From NCBI GenBank assembly GCA_951406725.2, contig OX597814.1, positions 76,136,001 to 76,200,000 of the forward strand: a DNA stretch of 64,000 nucleotides, written 5' to 3'. Below are positions 1-11,290 of the stretch, piece by piece; the first letter of the stretch is position 1, and each line of letters starts with the position of its first letter. A program made the translations under genes and the position numbers. The notes under the pieces were generated by a model that saw only the letters and a list, made by a program, of their open reading frames with translations, made no database searches and was not told the origin of the DNA. Origin of the DNA: Octopus vulgaris. Its lineage: Eukaryota.

Positions 1-320
1 TTGACTGTTATTAAGACAAAAGAGCAATTAGAATGACCGTTAAATAAGGGGAAAAAACCAAAGGGGTGGAAGGAAAAAGTAAAGAAATATAAATGCTCAT
101 AGCAAACGCTTCCTCCCCTTTGGTTTTTTCCCCTTATTTAACAGCCATTCTAATTGCTCTTTTGTCTTAATAACTGTCAATTACATAGTAATTTCCCTTG
201 TTTAACGGTCATTTTCATAGCATATTTTGATTGCCTCAATAACTGACAAGATGGCAGAACAGGTTTCCACCCCGACATCCGAAACTTGGAGTCTTATTAT
301 GGCAACCAAATAATTGTCAC
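1..320 (+). mobile_element. Non-coding PLE-like unit with inverted segment and hammerhead motif (truncated by window edge)
   Basis: 1-66 and 115-180 are a near-perfect inverted repeat (about 3 mismatches); an HHR-like motif follows at 238-298, then (TA)n. Confidence 0.55.
238..298 (+). ncRNA. Type I hammerhead ribozyme motif, core slightly decayed
   Basis: Stem I AATAA/TTATT, core CTGACAA (CUGANGA with G>A), stem II GATG..CATC, GAAA, stem III ACT-tgg-AGT, GUC cleavage triplet at 291-293. Confidence 0.6.
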
Positions 321-433
321 ATATTATATTATATATATATAAAATATATATATATATATATTGTCAATGTTGTCTCGGTTGTAGACTGTTTTGCAGAAGG
401 CTAACAGAATATTATTGAATTCCCATTTTCTAG

Positions 434-512
434 ACTTCAGGTGGAATGTTATCCAGTCCAACAGACTTTCAGTTTTTAGTCAATGGTGAAATCACCAGTT
501 ATGATATCAAGG
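434..512 (+). other. Candidate exon of unknown gene
   Basis: cccattttctag acceptor, G/gtgagg donor, open frame TSGGMLSSPTDFQFLVNGEITSYDIK; no recognised homology. Confidence 0.2.
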
Positions 513-1088
513 GTGAGGTCAATGATTGATCTTACATCTATATAAAAAGCTGAGAATATATCCCCAAGCGTATATCAACCACTTATATACTTAAAGAACA
601 TATTCAAGTAGCAGATATTCAAGTATTCATGTATTACATATGCTTTCATAAAGAAAGCATGTCTAATACTTGAATCTTCAGTTCACTTCACCCACTAGTA
701 TGGGTAACACCTTGAATAAAGCTGAATAGGATTGTCAACCTTTAGATGAATGTGTATTGCAATTGATTTAATATAAATCAACTAAGTACACATAACTGTT
801 ATATCAAAGGACATTAGGATACTTATCTAGCAGAAATATATTTCAGAATGAAATTTTGGAGATGTATAACTCTCCAGTCTTCTTTATGATGTCATGATTA
901 TATGCTTTGCATGCTGCATGAAGTCTAATGAAGTGAACTCAGGATTTACCTCTCAAATAAAGTAGTTTCATTGTTCATCTTAAATGATTTTGAAGATTCC
1001 CCATCATTCAATGTGGTTAGCCAGATCTGGATTGTATCAGAGTACTCACAAGGTGTCTGCCTGGATTTCAAGTCCCTATTCCTTTACA

Positions 1089-1092
<4 letters not shown>

Positions 1093-1172
<80 letters not shown>
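1093..1172. repeat. (CA)n(TA)n microsatellite
   Basis: Direct reading. Confidence 0.98.
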
Positions 1173-2440
1173 GTAAACATATACACAGTACTTAAAAGGA
1201 ATTTTGAGAGAAAAGATAGAAATTAACAAATTTAAAGTGTAGTAAGAAAATAACATTCACAGAAGGATAGAATATATATATATGTAATATATATTACATA
1301 TATGTATATGTGTGTGTATATATATATATATATATTTATATGTGTGTATGTATGTATGCATGGAAGGTGGACGTTAAATGGATGGTGGTGATGATGATAG
1401 ATAGAATTGTATATATAAGCGAATAAACATACATGTCAGAAGGAAAGAGAGAATGTGTATTTATGTGTGAGCATGTGTATGTTTATCTTGATAGTAAGCC
1501 ACTATTTAAACATGCTTTATAATTAAATAGTGAATACATAGTGGATATATTACACAGACACACAGACACACACACATACACACACTCTCTCATATACATA
1601 CACACCATTTATTTGTGGATTCATATATGACATATATTTACAGCACTTAACCACAGACACAGATGCATAAATACACATGTGTATGCCCATGCACACACAA
1701 CATCTCCAAACACACATACTCATGCAATTGTTAGTACTGCTGAGAACATAAGACTTGCTTCAATGAAGCATATCCAGATAATTCTTCCTTTAAGCTAGCT
1801 GTAACAGTTTGATAGAAGAGCTGTTTATTCCACAGTCTACAGTTGCATGAATCTATTTAGTGAATGACATTATTTTGAAAGCACGTTTCCTCTCTTGATA
1901 GAATGCAAGTTATCTAAACATGGTGGCTGATTCAATAACAGAAACTGCCGCAGATAAAAATTTCATTGTGGAAGTAAATGGATCATTTCAATAGTTAGAA
2001 ATGTGGAGAAAATCCTAATAACAATGATTTCTGACACAGATGCATGGCCACACGTTTTGAAGATGTGTATAGTTAATTAAATTAACCCCAGTTTTTCACT
2101 GTTACTTTATTCTATCAACTCCATGATAAGTAAGGGATGAAAAGTAAAGGATTTGAACCCAAAATGTATAGTACTGTAATTGAATAATGCTATACATTTT
2201 GTCTCTATATTTCATCTCACTTTAAGGGATAATATAAACAAGCAGAATATACATTTAAGCCTTTTTTTTTTCTCTCTTCCACCCAGGAGAAAAGCACAAA
2301 AATCAAACTCTCTGCCTTTTGCATGTAGGAAGCTTACAAAATACACAACAGAGATAAACATCCAATCTTTTGCTTAAATCTGAAAATTGTAAATTCAAAA
2401 AGGGAGTAATATGTAATACATTTAACCAGAGCAAGATAGT

Positions 2441-2577
2441 AGAAGAAGAAGAAGAAGAAGAAGAAGAAGAAGAAGAAGAAGAAGAAGAAGAAGAAGAAGA
2501 AGAAGAAGAAGAAGAAGAAGAAGAAGAAGAAGAAGAAGAAGAAGAAGAAGAAAAAGAAAAAGAAGAAGAAGAAGAGG
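2441..2577. repeat. (GAA)n microsatellite
   Basis: Direct reading; source of the poly-E/S/L pseudo-ORFs. Confidence 0.98.
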
Positions 2578-2778
2578 AGCGCTTAGAGAGAGCGCAAACC
2601 TCTGCCAAGGCAACACCAACGCCCTCTTGATGATTTTTAAAATTAGAATATCTGAAATAAACTCGACTGTTCCCACAAACGAGAATACTAAAAATGAACC
2701 CAACCACTCTCAAAAATTAAGTAAAAAAAAACAGAAAAATAATCTTGAATCCTTGACCAGTACCTGATTGATCCCAAG
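2577..2778 (+). mobile_element. Helentron-associated (HINE/DINE-like) non-autonomous element, 5' part
   Basis: gagcgcttagagagagcgcaaacctctgccaagg start; CCTCTGCC is complementary to GGCAGAGG at 3594-3601. Confidence 0.5.
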
Positions 2779-3040
2779 GGTAGTCATGGAATGTGAAGGT
2801 GATTGTGTGAGCAGTGTTTGTAATGTAGTGTGTGTGTCATCTGCAGTGGGAACAGGGACAGTTTTCTCTGTGAAAGCCTTTTTTAGTCTATCCACTGATA
2901 TAGTGTCCTTATGGCCATTAAGGTCTATAGTGAAAAATTTATCCGTGCATGAAAGAAAATGGAAAGGACTTGCATACGGTGTTATTAACAGAGGTTTAAC
3001 AACATCATTGCTCACAAAAAAACGTGAGTCCAAGAAGTAA
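2779..3040 (-). pseudogene. Ty3/Gypsy integrase C-terminal (GPY/F) relic
   Basis: KPLLITPYASPFHFLSCTDKFFTIDLNGHKDTISVDRLKKA resembles the Gypsy PxYxGPF..SIDRLKP motif. Confidence 0.75.
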
Positions 3041-3439
3041 GGCTTCCTTCAAGGCAGAGCTAGAAATGCAATTGTCAAGTAGGTAAGAGGTTTTAAACAG
3101 GAGCGATACATTCAAAATTGGTAAAACTAAAAATTGTCAAGGATAAATTAGATTTATTATTGTTACTGAATATGTTAGTGTTATTTAATTTCTGAACAGT
3201 TTTACTGCCATTTGTTTATGTAGTCTGATTTCTTTATCCATCAGTTCCTACTAAGATAGAGATGTGAATAAAATTAATAATAAAGAAATGAAAATAAATC
3301 TTTGGAAACAGCAATGCCATCATAACTTACGTGGAAACCATGAGCATACTTTCAAGGGAGATATTCAGAGAAAGACTTGAAAGTCAACATAAGATCATAA
3401 TACTCCATGTAAAGTAAAGTAAATATAACAAATAATTAA

Positions 3440-3603
3440 GAATTCTTGTCTGGTACCAAATTGATCCCAAAATCTAATGCCAGTCACAAGGCACATCCCT
3501 GAAAGTTTCATCTGAATCCATCCAGCAGTACTTGAGATATCTTGTCCACCGACAAACAAACATGACTGCAAAGAATACCTCCACCTTTGCTAAGGCAGAG
3601 GTA
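3440..3603 (+). mobile_element. HINE/DINE-like element, 3' part
   Basis: aaagtttcatctgaatccatccagcag..gacaaacaaac..acctccacctttgctaaggcagaggt terminal hairpin. Confidence 0.55.
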
Positions 3604-3641
3604 TTAATAATAACAATAAAAGTTCAACGATGTAAACATCA

Positions 3642-3691
<50 letters not shown>

Positions 3692-3700
3692 ATTATTATA

Positions 3701-3748
<48 letters not shown>

Positions 3749-4494
3749 TTGCTATCAGTAATTAAAAACAGAACAAGGTGAATTGGTTCTTTCCATAGCC
3801 AAGGTCAGCACTCTCATTGATCAATAGTAGTAGTAAATACATTTGACATCTGCTGACTACAAGGGTGTGATGCTTCTTTTGTCCCCATTCCCACAGGAAT
3901 GCAAAGCCCCATTGTTGATCTCCTTCTCACCATCTGCAAAACCTATTTACATACATAGGAATTTGGTCTATTCATCAAGCTGCTTCTCTTTCTCCTACTA
4001 TCCCCTCCAACCCTCACATATTTATGATTATCTCAAGTACAAGACAAAAGGCAAAACTAAACAACATTTAATAATACCACACAGTAGTAGGTGCAAAGAT
4101 GTCATCTCAAGACAGTTACAATACCAGTAGGAGCACTTGGAATAATAAAAAAAAATGGAACTGAGAATTATTTAAGAATGATCCCTGGATTACCATCCAT
4201 GCAGGAAGTGCAAAAGATTGTATTAACTGGTCCATCACACCTATTGAGTAAAGTATTGTCACTGTGAATGTTTTCCTTTTTTGCCCTTTATTTTCTTTGT
4301 TTACTTTTATATTTAATATTTTTTCCTTTTTCTCTCTGTCTTTCTGCCTCATTTTTCTATCACATGACTTTGTAAATGAACAACCTGGTGTGATTATTTT
4401 AATGGCCTGCAAATGTATACAGTGCGTTTCTCTGCCCTAGGTGTCAGGAAGGCTCTCAGCTAGAAAAGGAAACAGAATTGAAAGATGATAATGA

Positions 4495-4528
4495 AAGTGA
4501 TGATGATGATAATAATAATATTAATAAC

Positions 4529-4593
<65 letters not shown>

Positions 4594-4608
4594 TAATAAT
4601 AATAATTA
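4495..4608. repeat. (AAT)n microsatellite
   Basis: Direct reading. Confidence 0.97.
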
Positions 4609-4609
4609 A

Positions 4610-4890
4610 CGGAACCTATAACAAAACCAAGCAAAAGATAGTTGATTTAGGAGTTACACACACACTACTATGCAACACCCCTCCAAAAACATACAAGAAT
4701 AAACTCATACTGTAAATACCCAACAAAATGAACAAAACCCACAACATGTGCCATAGAAGGCTAATACCCAACAGAAGAACACAATTTGCGCTACACAAAC
4801 AACACAATATAAAAACTAATACAATAGAAGACTCAAGGTGCAACAAATGAGGCAATAGAAAATTGCTTGAAACTTTCAGATGTTAAAAAA
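4610..4890 (+). mobile_element. 3' end and UTR of an R4/Dong-like LINE
   Basis: LGVTHTL motif resembles the RLE terminal LLGTAHIL; AC-rich UTR and end resemble 15000-15299. Confidence 0.45.
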
Positions 4891-5039
4891 TAACAGTGGT
4901 CAAGACGATGGTGACAAACGTTACCTTATTTCAGTTTATGAGAGACAGGAGTTTCTGAAGGACTCTGGCTGTAACAGCAAAAATGAAGCTAGACCTTTAA
5001 GGGAAGGCCTCTCACTCAGCAGTGGGTCAGTAAAGATGG

Positions 5040-7297
5040 AGACTGACCACAGCTGTCATCCTAATACAGCATAAGCAGATAATAGAGCAAGGAGGAGGGA
5101 GTGGGCCAGCAAAGAAAACAGGATAGTGATACAGTGCTACTTAGAAAGTGAACCTAAAAGAATGGGCTATAGAAAACAGATGTTAACACTTTGGGTAGAG
5201 AAGGGAATTTTAAAGTGACATAACAGAGATTGGTTGATCAAGCTAATGCTATTAGGAGAAGAAAGTGGAACACAGAATTGGAGGTAGAAGAGATCACAAA
5301 AGAACTGGAAAAGAAAGATCAAGCAATGGTAAAGACAAACAACAACATATGAGCTTAAACAGTGCATCATAGCATTAACAGGCAATCTCTCCAGATATTA
5401 GAAAAGAATAGATTAGTATCAACAGAATAGATTATTTGAGACAGACCAGAGGAAATTTTATAACCAAATAAATAGTGGAGAACAAAGTACTGAAGATGAG
5501 AAACCTAATGCAGAGGAAGCTAGAAAGTTCTGGAGTAATATTTGGGATAAACCAGTTAATCATAATGGAGATGCAGTATGGTGAAAGCAAGTGAGGGAAC
5601 AAGTAGTGAGTGAGAAGTAACCAGATCTAAGATTAACTAGTGGATTAATGAGTAAAGTGTTAGGAAAAATGCTGAATTGGAAGGGTCCAGGACCATATTT
5701 AATTCAAGGGTACTGGCTAAAGAAATTCAGAAGTTTATATGGGAGGCTGAGGGAACAACTTCAGGATTGCCTTAATAGATGACTAGAGGGAGGACAATAC
5801 TCATTATGAAGGATAAGAGCAAGGGTAATACAGCCAGCAACTATAGATCAATCACCTGCTTACCATTAGTGTGGAAGCTGTTAACAGGAATGCTTTCAGA
5901 AAGCATTTATGAGCAACTTGACAACCAGAATTTACTACCAGAAAAACATAAAGGTATCCTGATGGCCAGACATTAAAATCATTGAAAGGAGGAGAGAGTT
6001 ATAAGTATCTAGGAGTATTAGAATCTGACAGAGTACTAACTACAGAAACAAAAACGAAAATTGAGAAGGGGTACATCAGCAGGGTGAGTAAGCTAATGAA
6101 GTCAAAGCTAAGTGGTCCAAATCTAGTGAAGGCTGTAAATACTTGGACAGTATCATTACTTAGATACTCAGCAGCTTTTGTAGATTGGACAAAAACTGAA
6201 TTAGCAAAGCTAGACAGAAGAACTAGGAAGGAATTCAATATGAATGGAATACTCCATCCGAGGGCAGGAGTAGCAAGATTATACCTACCTAGAAAGGAAG
6301 GTGGAAGAGGGTTAATATCAGTAGAAGTCCGTGTGGAATTAGTTAGAGTAGATACAGACTCCAATGTAGTTAATAGTGATGAAAGTTTATTAAAAGCTGC
6401 TAGAGTCACAGCAAGACATAGAGAAACCAAAACACCAAATGGAGTTAAAAACCAGAAAAAAGAACAGAAATTACCTGACTGACAGGAGAAGACATTGCAT
6501 AGTAGATTCTCAAAAATAGTTTCAGCAAATAGTCGTAGTGAGACAGGGTTATGGCTGCAGAAAGAAAAGCTGAAGAGGGAGACAGAATTTTGTTAGCAGC
6601 TGCACAAAATCAAGCATTAAGGACTAATTGGATAAAAGCCAAGATAGACAAAAACCAAGTAGATTTCCAATGTTGATTATGCAAATCAAAAGAGGAAAGC
6701 ATTACTCACATAGTAAGTAAATGCATCATGCTGGCACAAAAAGAATACAAGAAAAGACATGACAGTCTAGGGGAAGCAATCACTGGGAGCTATGTAGAAA
6801 GCTAGGATTTGAACATACTTATAAATGGTATGAACATGAACCTAGTAAAATACTAGAAAGTAAGAAATACAAGATGTTGCAGGGCTTTAATATTCAGATT
6901 GACAGAGTAATAGAAGCTAAAAGGCTTGATTTGGTAGTAGTAGATAAAGAGAATAGAAAGTGCCAGATAATTGACTTTACAATCCCAAATGATGAAAAAA
7001 TTAATATGAGAAGTATAGAAAAAATAGCAAAGTACCAGGACCTAGCTATTGAATTACAGAGACTGGAAAGTGCAGGTAAAATGTATCTCAGTAGTTATAG
7101 GTATACTGGGAACTATCCCTAAAGATCTGAACAGATGAACAGAGGAAATAGGTATAATACCCAGTTTAGTACAGCTGCAGGAAACTGTTATTATGGACAG
7201 CAAGGATACTTAGGAGAGTTCTTGGCATCTAAGGCTACTCGTTGTAGCCCGATGTTAGGATTCTTTTCTTTTCCGACATTCTAATTTGTTGAGTGTA
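5040..7297 (+). mobile_element. R4/Dong-clade non-LTR retrotransposon (RT + CCHC knuckle + restriction-like endonuclease), decayed, RT core deleted
   Basis: NYRSITCLPLVWKLLTG; YKYLGV; RLYLPRKEGGRGLISVE; C-x2-C..THIVS..RHD; RLDLVVVDKENRKCQIIDFTIP; ends at (TAA)n. Confidence 0.9.
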
Positions 7298-7307
7298 TAA
7301 TAATAAT

Positions 7308-7344
<37 letters not shown>

Positions 7345-7419
7345 GCAGCAACAACAACAACAATAATAATAATAATAGTAATAATAATAATAATAATATT
7401 AATAATAATAATAATAATA

Positions 7420-7464
<45 letters not shown>

Positions 7465-7576
7465 TCTGAACTCAGAATGTAAAAACTATAAAGCCTTTTT
7501 TCCAGCACCCTAATGATTTCGCAAACTTGCCGACTTAATAATAATAATAACAACAACAATAATAATAATAATAATG
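7298..7576. repeat. Interrupted (AAT)n microsatellite
   Basis: Direct reading. Confidence 0.95.
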
Positions 7577-7745
7577 ATTTCAAATTTTGACAGAAGGTCA
7601 GTGTTTTCTGATAGGAGGAGGAAGTTGATTAAATCAATCCTGGGTACTTGACTGGTATTTATTTTATTGACCTTGAAAGAATGAAAGGTAAAGTCAACCT
7701 GAGAAGAATTTGAACTCAAAACATAAAGACAGAGAAAATGCTGCA
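7577..7745 (-). mobile_element. tRNA-SINE family A (Nin-domain-like), decayed
   Basis: Homologous to 9850-10071 and 38743-38958. Confidence 0.75.
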
Positions 7746-8390
7746 ATAATATTTAATAATAAACCACACTGACTTTGAACAAAGACAATAAATTTCTCAA
7801 TGCTGGAGATGTAAGGATTTCATGTGACATTCTCCAGAGTGACTCTCTATCACCACTCATCTTTTACCTTCACTGATATTAATACAGCAATTTGCTCTTT
7901 GTACATACTTAACATGCGTGTCACACTTATTGTTGAAAGAAATGTTGCTGATAAGTAAATCTCTTGTAATTCCTGGAAGGGATTTGAAACCACCACCTAT
8001 GTGCTGTATTGCTACTTCTCAACACCCATGCCTACTGAGCCACCAAAGTAGCAATGACCTTAATGAGAAAATTAAGATACTTAAATTTGATGCATGTGTT
8101 GAGCAAGGGAGAGAGGAAGTGAGAGGGAAAGAGAGATAGAGAGTGAGAGGGAGTGGCTGATAGGTATTTGAATTCCTTTCTATGATTGAACTGAAATTGA
8201 CCCCTAGTTATGAAAGGCCCAAGCACACTCACACACATATTTTAGGTCTTCTACCCATTTGAATTCAGTCATACACCAGATAACATGTTAAATCTTATGT
8301 CCCGAAATTTAAATTTTGAATTTGTTTTAATTATAAAATTACACCTCAGCTAAAAAAAACATCTTTTGGCTTTCGAATATAACCTTTTCT

Positions 8391-8916
8391 TTCTCTTTCT
8401 ATATTTTTTAAGTTACAATTTCTCTAATTTGGTCAGGATTTTTCCAGTTTCTTTTTTCTTGTATCAAGTAACGGACAAAAGCATTTCTTAAAAAATTTAA
8501 ATTCATAGAACCAAACAAAATCAAAAATATCAATTCTAATTTTTCTATTTCCTTAATACTAACAAGAGCATAGTATGAGAGAGATTTGGCTGTTATTCAT
8601 AGCAAATTGAACAACCACACAGAGTTGTTCAATTGGCTCATTTGTTGATGTGTATATGTAAATAAAAACTAAAACACACACACACACACATACACACATA
8701 TATATGAATGTATATGTGCGTGTGCAGTGATAAGAGTTGCGTGGTGGAAATAAACAACTTTCTCTTTCTATACTTTTTGTTAAGTTAGAATTTCTTTGTT
8801 TTGATCAGGATTTTTCCAATTTCTTTTTTCTTGTATCAAGCAATTGATGAAAGCATTAAAAAAAAATTAAATTCATAGAGCCATACAAAATCAAAAATAT
8901 TAATTCTATTTTTTCC
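8391..8916. repeat. Diverged ~160-bp direct repeat (8391-8551, 8760-8916)
   Basis: Shared ttctctttctata..caggatttttcca..cttgtatcaag..aaattcataga..caaaatcaaaaatat. Confidence 0.85.
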
Positions 8917-9082
8917 CTTTATTACCATATCTTATATACTGTGTTCTTGATTATTAGGCGAGTATTTCAGAAATATTTTCACCTTTTAAACAAAAAATCT
9001 CTAATATGATTATATATGTTTATCAACTGAAACTCTCTGAATCATTTTGGAGATTTATTGTTTTAATAGCAGGTTTTAAAAT

Positions 9083-9410
9083 ATGGATAATTGCATGAGG
9101 GACGCAGCACGAGAGCATCAGCATAGAAGGGGAGAATGGTTGCACAAGGAACAGTGGGAGGAAATAAGGAATCAAAATCACATGCGGATGAGACAGAGAA
9201 GAAACAAAATAAGCCAAGAGAAGAGGGAGCATATCCTACAGCATGGGGGGGGGGGGGGGGTAAGAAATCAGGAAAGGATAGAACAAATGAGCCAGGACCA
9301 AAGAGAAGTGTATTTTCAAAATAAGAGAGATATAGATCAACGGAATCAAGAATTCATGAGTCAAGAGCAAAAGCAGCTGTACTTAGAAAATATGAGAAAC
9401 ACAGCTGGAT
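9083..9410 (+). pseudogene. Repeat-containing ORF relic resembling STPR-like N-terminal repeats of Helitron RepHel proteins
   Basis: Imperfect ~22-aa repeats ISQEKREHILQ / MSQDQREVYFQNKR / MSQEQKQLYLENMR. Confidence 0.4.
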
Positions 9411-9469
9411 CTCTCTCAGCATATCAGCAAACCACAAAATCGCACCAGCTGGTATCACCTCCAAGCCCA

Positions 9470-9700
9470 TCATATGTGTGTGTGTGTGTATATTTATCTG
9501 TGTTTGTGATTGTGCCTGTGTTTGTCCCCACCACCACCATTGCTTGAGAACTGATGTTGGTATGTTTGCATCCCTATAACTTAGCTGTTCAGTAGAAGAG
9601 ACTGATAGAATAAGCATCAGGCTTACAGGGAATAAGTCCCAAGTAGTGCTCCAGCATGGCCACCATCAAATGACTGAAACAAGTAAAAGAATAAAAGAAT
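9470..9700 (+). mobile_element. tRNA-SINE family B, 3' half
   Basis: Matches 40990-41213 including the ctccagcatggc..tcaaatgactgaaacaagtaaaag tail. Confidence 0.85.
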
Positions 9701-9849
9701 ACAAGAAAAACGTTCCATACGTTTGAATATGTCCAATGTATTTTAAAGCTAAATAGTAATTCTGTTTATGTTTGCGTAACAGATATTTTGGTTGGATTAT
9801 ATAGTTGTCGGTTTTGCACTTCTTTCTATACTCTGTAACTGCTGCAATA

Positions 9850-10071
9850 TACTTTTCCACTATAGACACAAGTCCTGATTTTTTTTTGGTTGGTGGGGGA
9901 GGGCCAGTTGAATAGATTGACCCCTGTACGCAACTGGTACTTAATTTATCGACCCTGAAAGAATGAAAGGCAAAGTTGACCTCAGCAGAATTTGAACTCA
10001 GAACATAAAGACTGACGAAATGCTGCTTAGCATTTCGCCCGACATGCTGATGATTCTGCCAGCTTGCCATC
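9850..10071 (-). mobile_element. tRNA-SINE family A (Nin-domain-like)
   Basis: Reverse strand: A box agctggcagaa, B box gagttcaaattc, Nin-like gcctttcattctttcagggtcgataaattaagtaccag. Confidence 0.85.
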
Positions 10072-10221
10072 TTTAACTGTCACAATATAGAAACATTTGT
10101 CATGGCACCGTCATACAATTTACAGACGCTAATATTTTTTATATTCATCAGGTGTCTTTAGGAAGTAGAACCTGGGTTTTACTTTCTAAAGTATTTTTCG
10201 ATCTTTTTATTATTATTATTA

Positions 10222-10272
<51 letters not shown>

Positions 10273-10557
10273 TCACTGCCTGGAATCAAACTCGGGATCT
10301 TGGGGTTAGTAACCCGTGCTCTTAACCACAACGCCATATGCCCATGGGCAATTGTGGAGTGAATTTTAAGGCTTATAAATCTAATATTTTCCTATCCTTC
10401 CTTAATACCGGTTCCCATATGCTATTCATATCTGCACTCGGTCTGCTTAGGAGGTTGTTGTGTCCTAACATATGTGCTGCTTCTTTTAGTTTTCGTATTT
10501 TCCAGTGGTGTTCTCTGTCTATTATTTTAACTTCATCCTACAGGGGGAGGTGGTCTC

Positions 10558-10947
10558 AACACTTCACAAATATCTCCTCTGGGAAAACCACCAATAGAAG
10601 AGAATATGACCAAAAACTGCGTGTACTCCATCCCATGCAGCTGCGGTAGGTTATACAAAGGCAAAACATGCCACTCCTTCAAAATAAGGGTAGACAAACA
10701 TCACAAAGCTGTGACATGAGGACATATTGATAAATCGGGTATAGCTGATCATGTATGGAAAAATGGAGACCACTTCTCCCTGTGGGATGAAATCAAAATA
10801 ATAAGAGAACACCACTGGAAACTACGAAAACTGAAAGAAGCAGCACATATGCTAGGACACAACAACCTCCTAAGCAGACTGAGTGCAAATATGAATAGCA
10901 TATGGGAACCGGTATTAAGGAAGGATAGGAAAATATTAGATTTGTAA
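10558..10947 (+). pseudogene. PLE GIY-YIG endonuclease relic
   Basis: NCVYSIPCSCGRLYKGKT..KSGIADHVWKNGDH..WKLRKLKEAAHM..MNSIWEPVL, with a stop and frameshift. Confidence 0.85.
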
Positions 10948-10976
10948 GCCCTAAAATTCAATCCATATTTGCCCAT

Positions 10977-11048
10977 GGACATATGGTGTAGTGGTTAAGA
11001 GTGCAAGCTACTAACACCAAGATTCTGAGTTTGATTCCAGGCAGTAAT
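10977..11048 (+). other. tRNA-like Pol III promoter module inside the PLE 3' region
   Basis: A box TGGTGTAGTGG, B box GAGTTTGATTCC; second copy in the inverted arm at 10270-10345. Confidence 0.65.
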
Positions 11049-11130
11049 GAATAATAATAATAATAATGATAACAACAACAAGATCGAAAAATACCTTAGG
11101 AATGAGAACCTAGGTTTGAAATTTCCCCAA

Positions 11131-11176
11131 GATACCTGATGAAGGCTGGAGGGCATATCAGCCAAAACGTTGTGTT
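11131..11176 (+). ncRNA. Minimal type I hammerhead ribozyme motif (GAAA>AAAA)
   Basis: GATAC/GTGTT stem I, CTGATGAA, GGCTG/CAGCC stem II, palindromic ACGT stem III, GUU site. Confidence 0.7.
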
Positions 11177-11290
11177 AACAACAAATAAGATGAGGTTAAA
11201 TGTAAATAATGTAAATAATATACATAATTCCTCATCTCTTAAATATAGAACTGTATTTTTTATATTGTCTGTGAATTTTTCATGGGCCTA

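Larger units (their letters stand above)
10146..11253 (+). mobile_element. Penelope-like element, 5'-truncated, with inverted 5' arm and 13-bp TSD
   Basis: TATTTTTTATATT at 10133-10145 and 11254-11266; 10146-10557 is an inverted copy of ~10767-11141; contains a GIY-YIG relic and an HHR. Confidence 0.9.

Noticed and set aside
971-1256. HT/CV/YI-repeat ORFs, and many similar ORFs across the window
   Set aside because: Stop-free CA/TA/GATA microsatellites, not genes
1902-1973. 72-bp candidate exon NASYLNMVADSITETAADKNFIVE
   Set aside because: Weak donor, no homology, cannot be linked to other exons
2303-2713. Poly-E/S/L ORFs (also 15106-15602 poly-E/K/F/L)
   Set aside because: Translations of (GAA)n microsatellites
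7972-8046. tRNA on the minus strand
   Set aside because: Only degenerate A/B boxes; likely an old SINE head
10977-11048. Functional tRNA gene
   Set aside because: No proper acceptor stem; embedded in a PLE and duplicated with it
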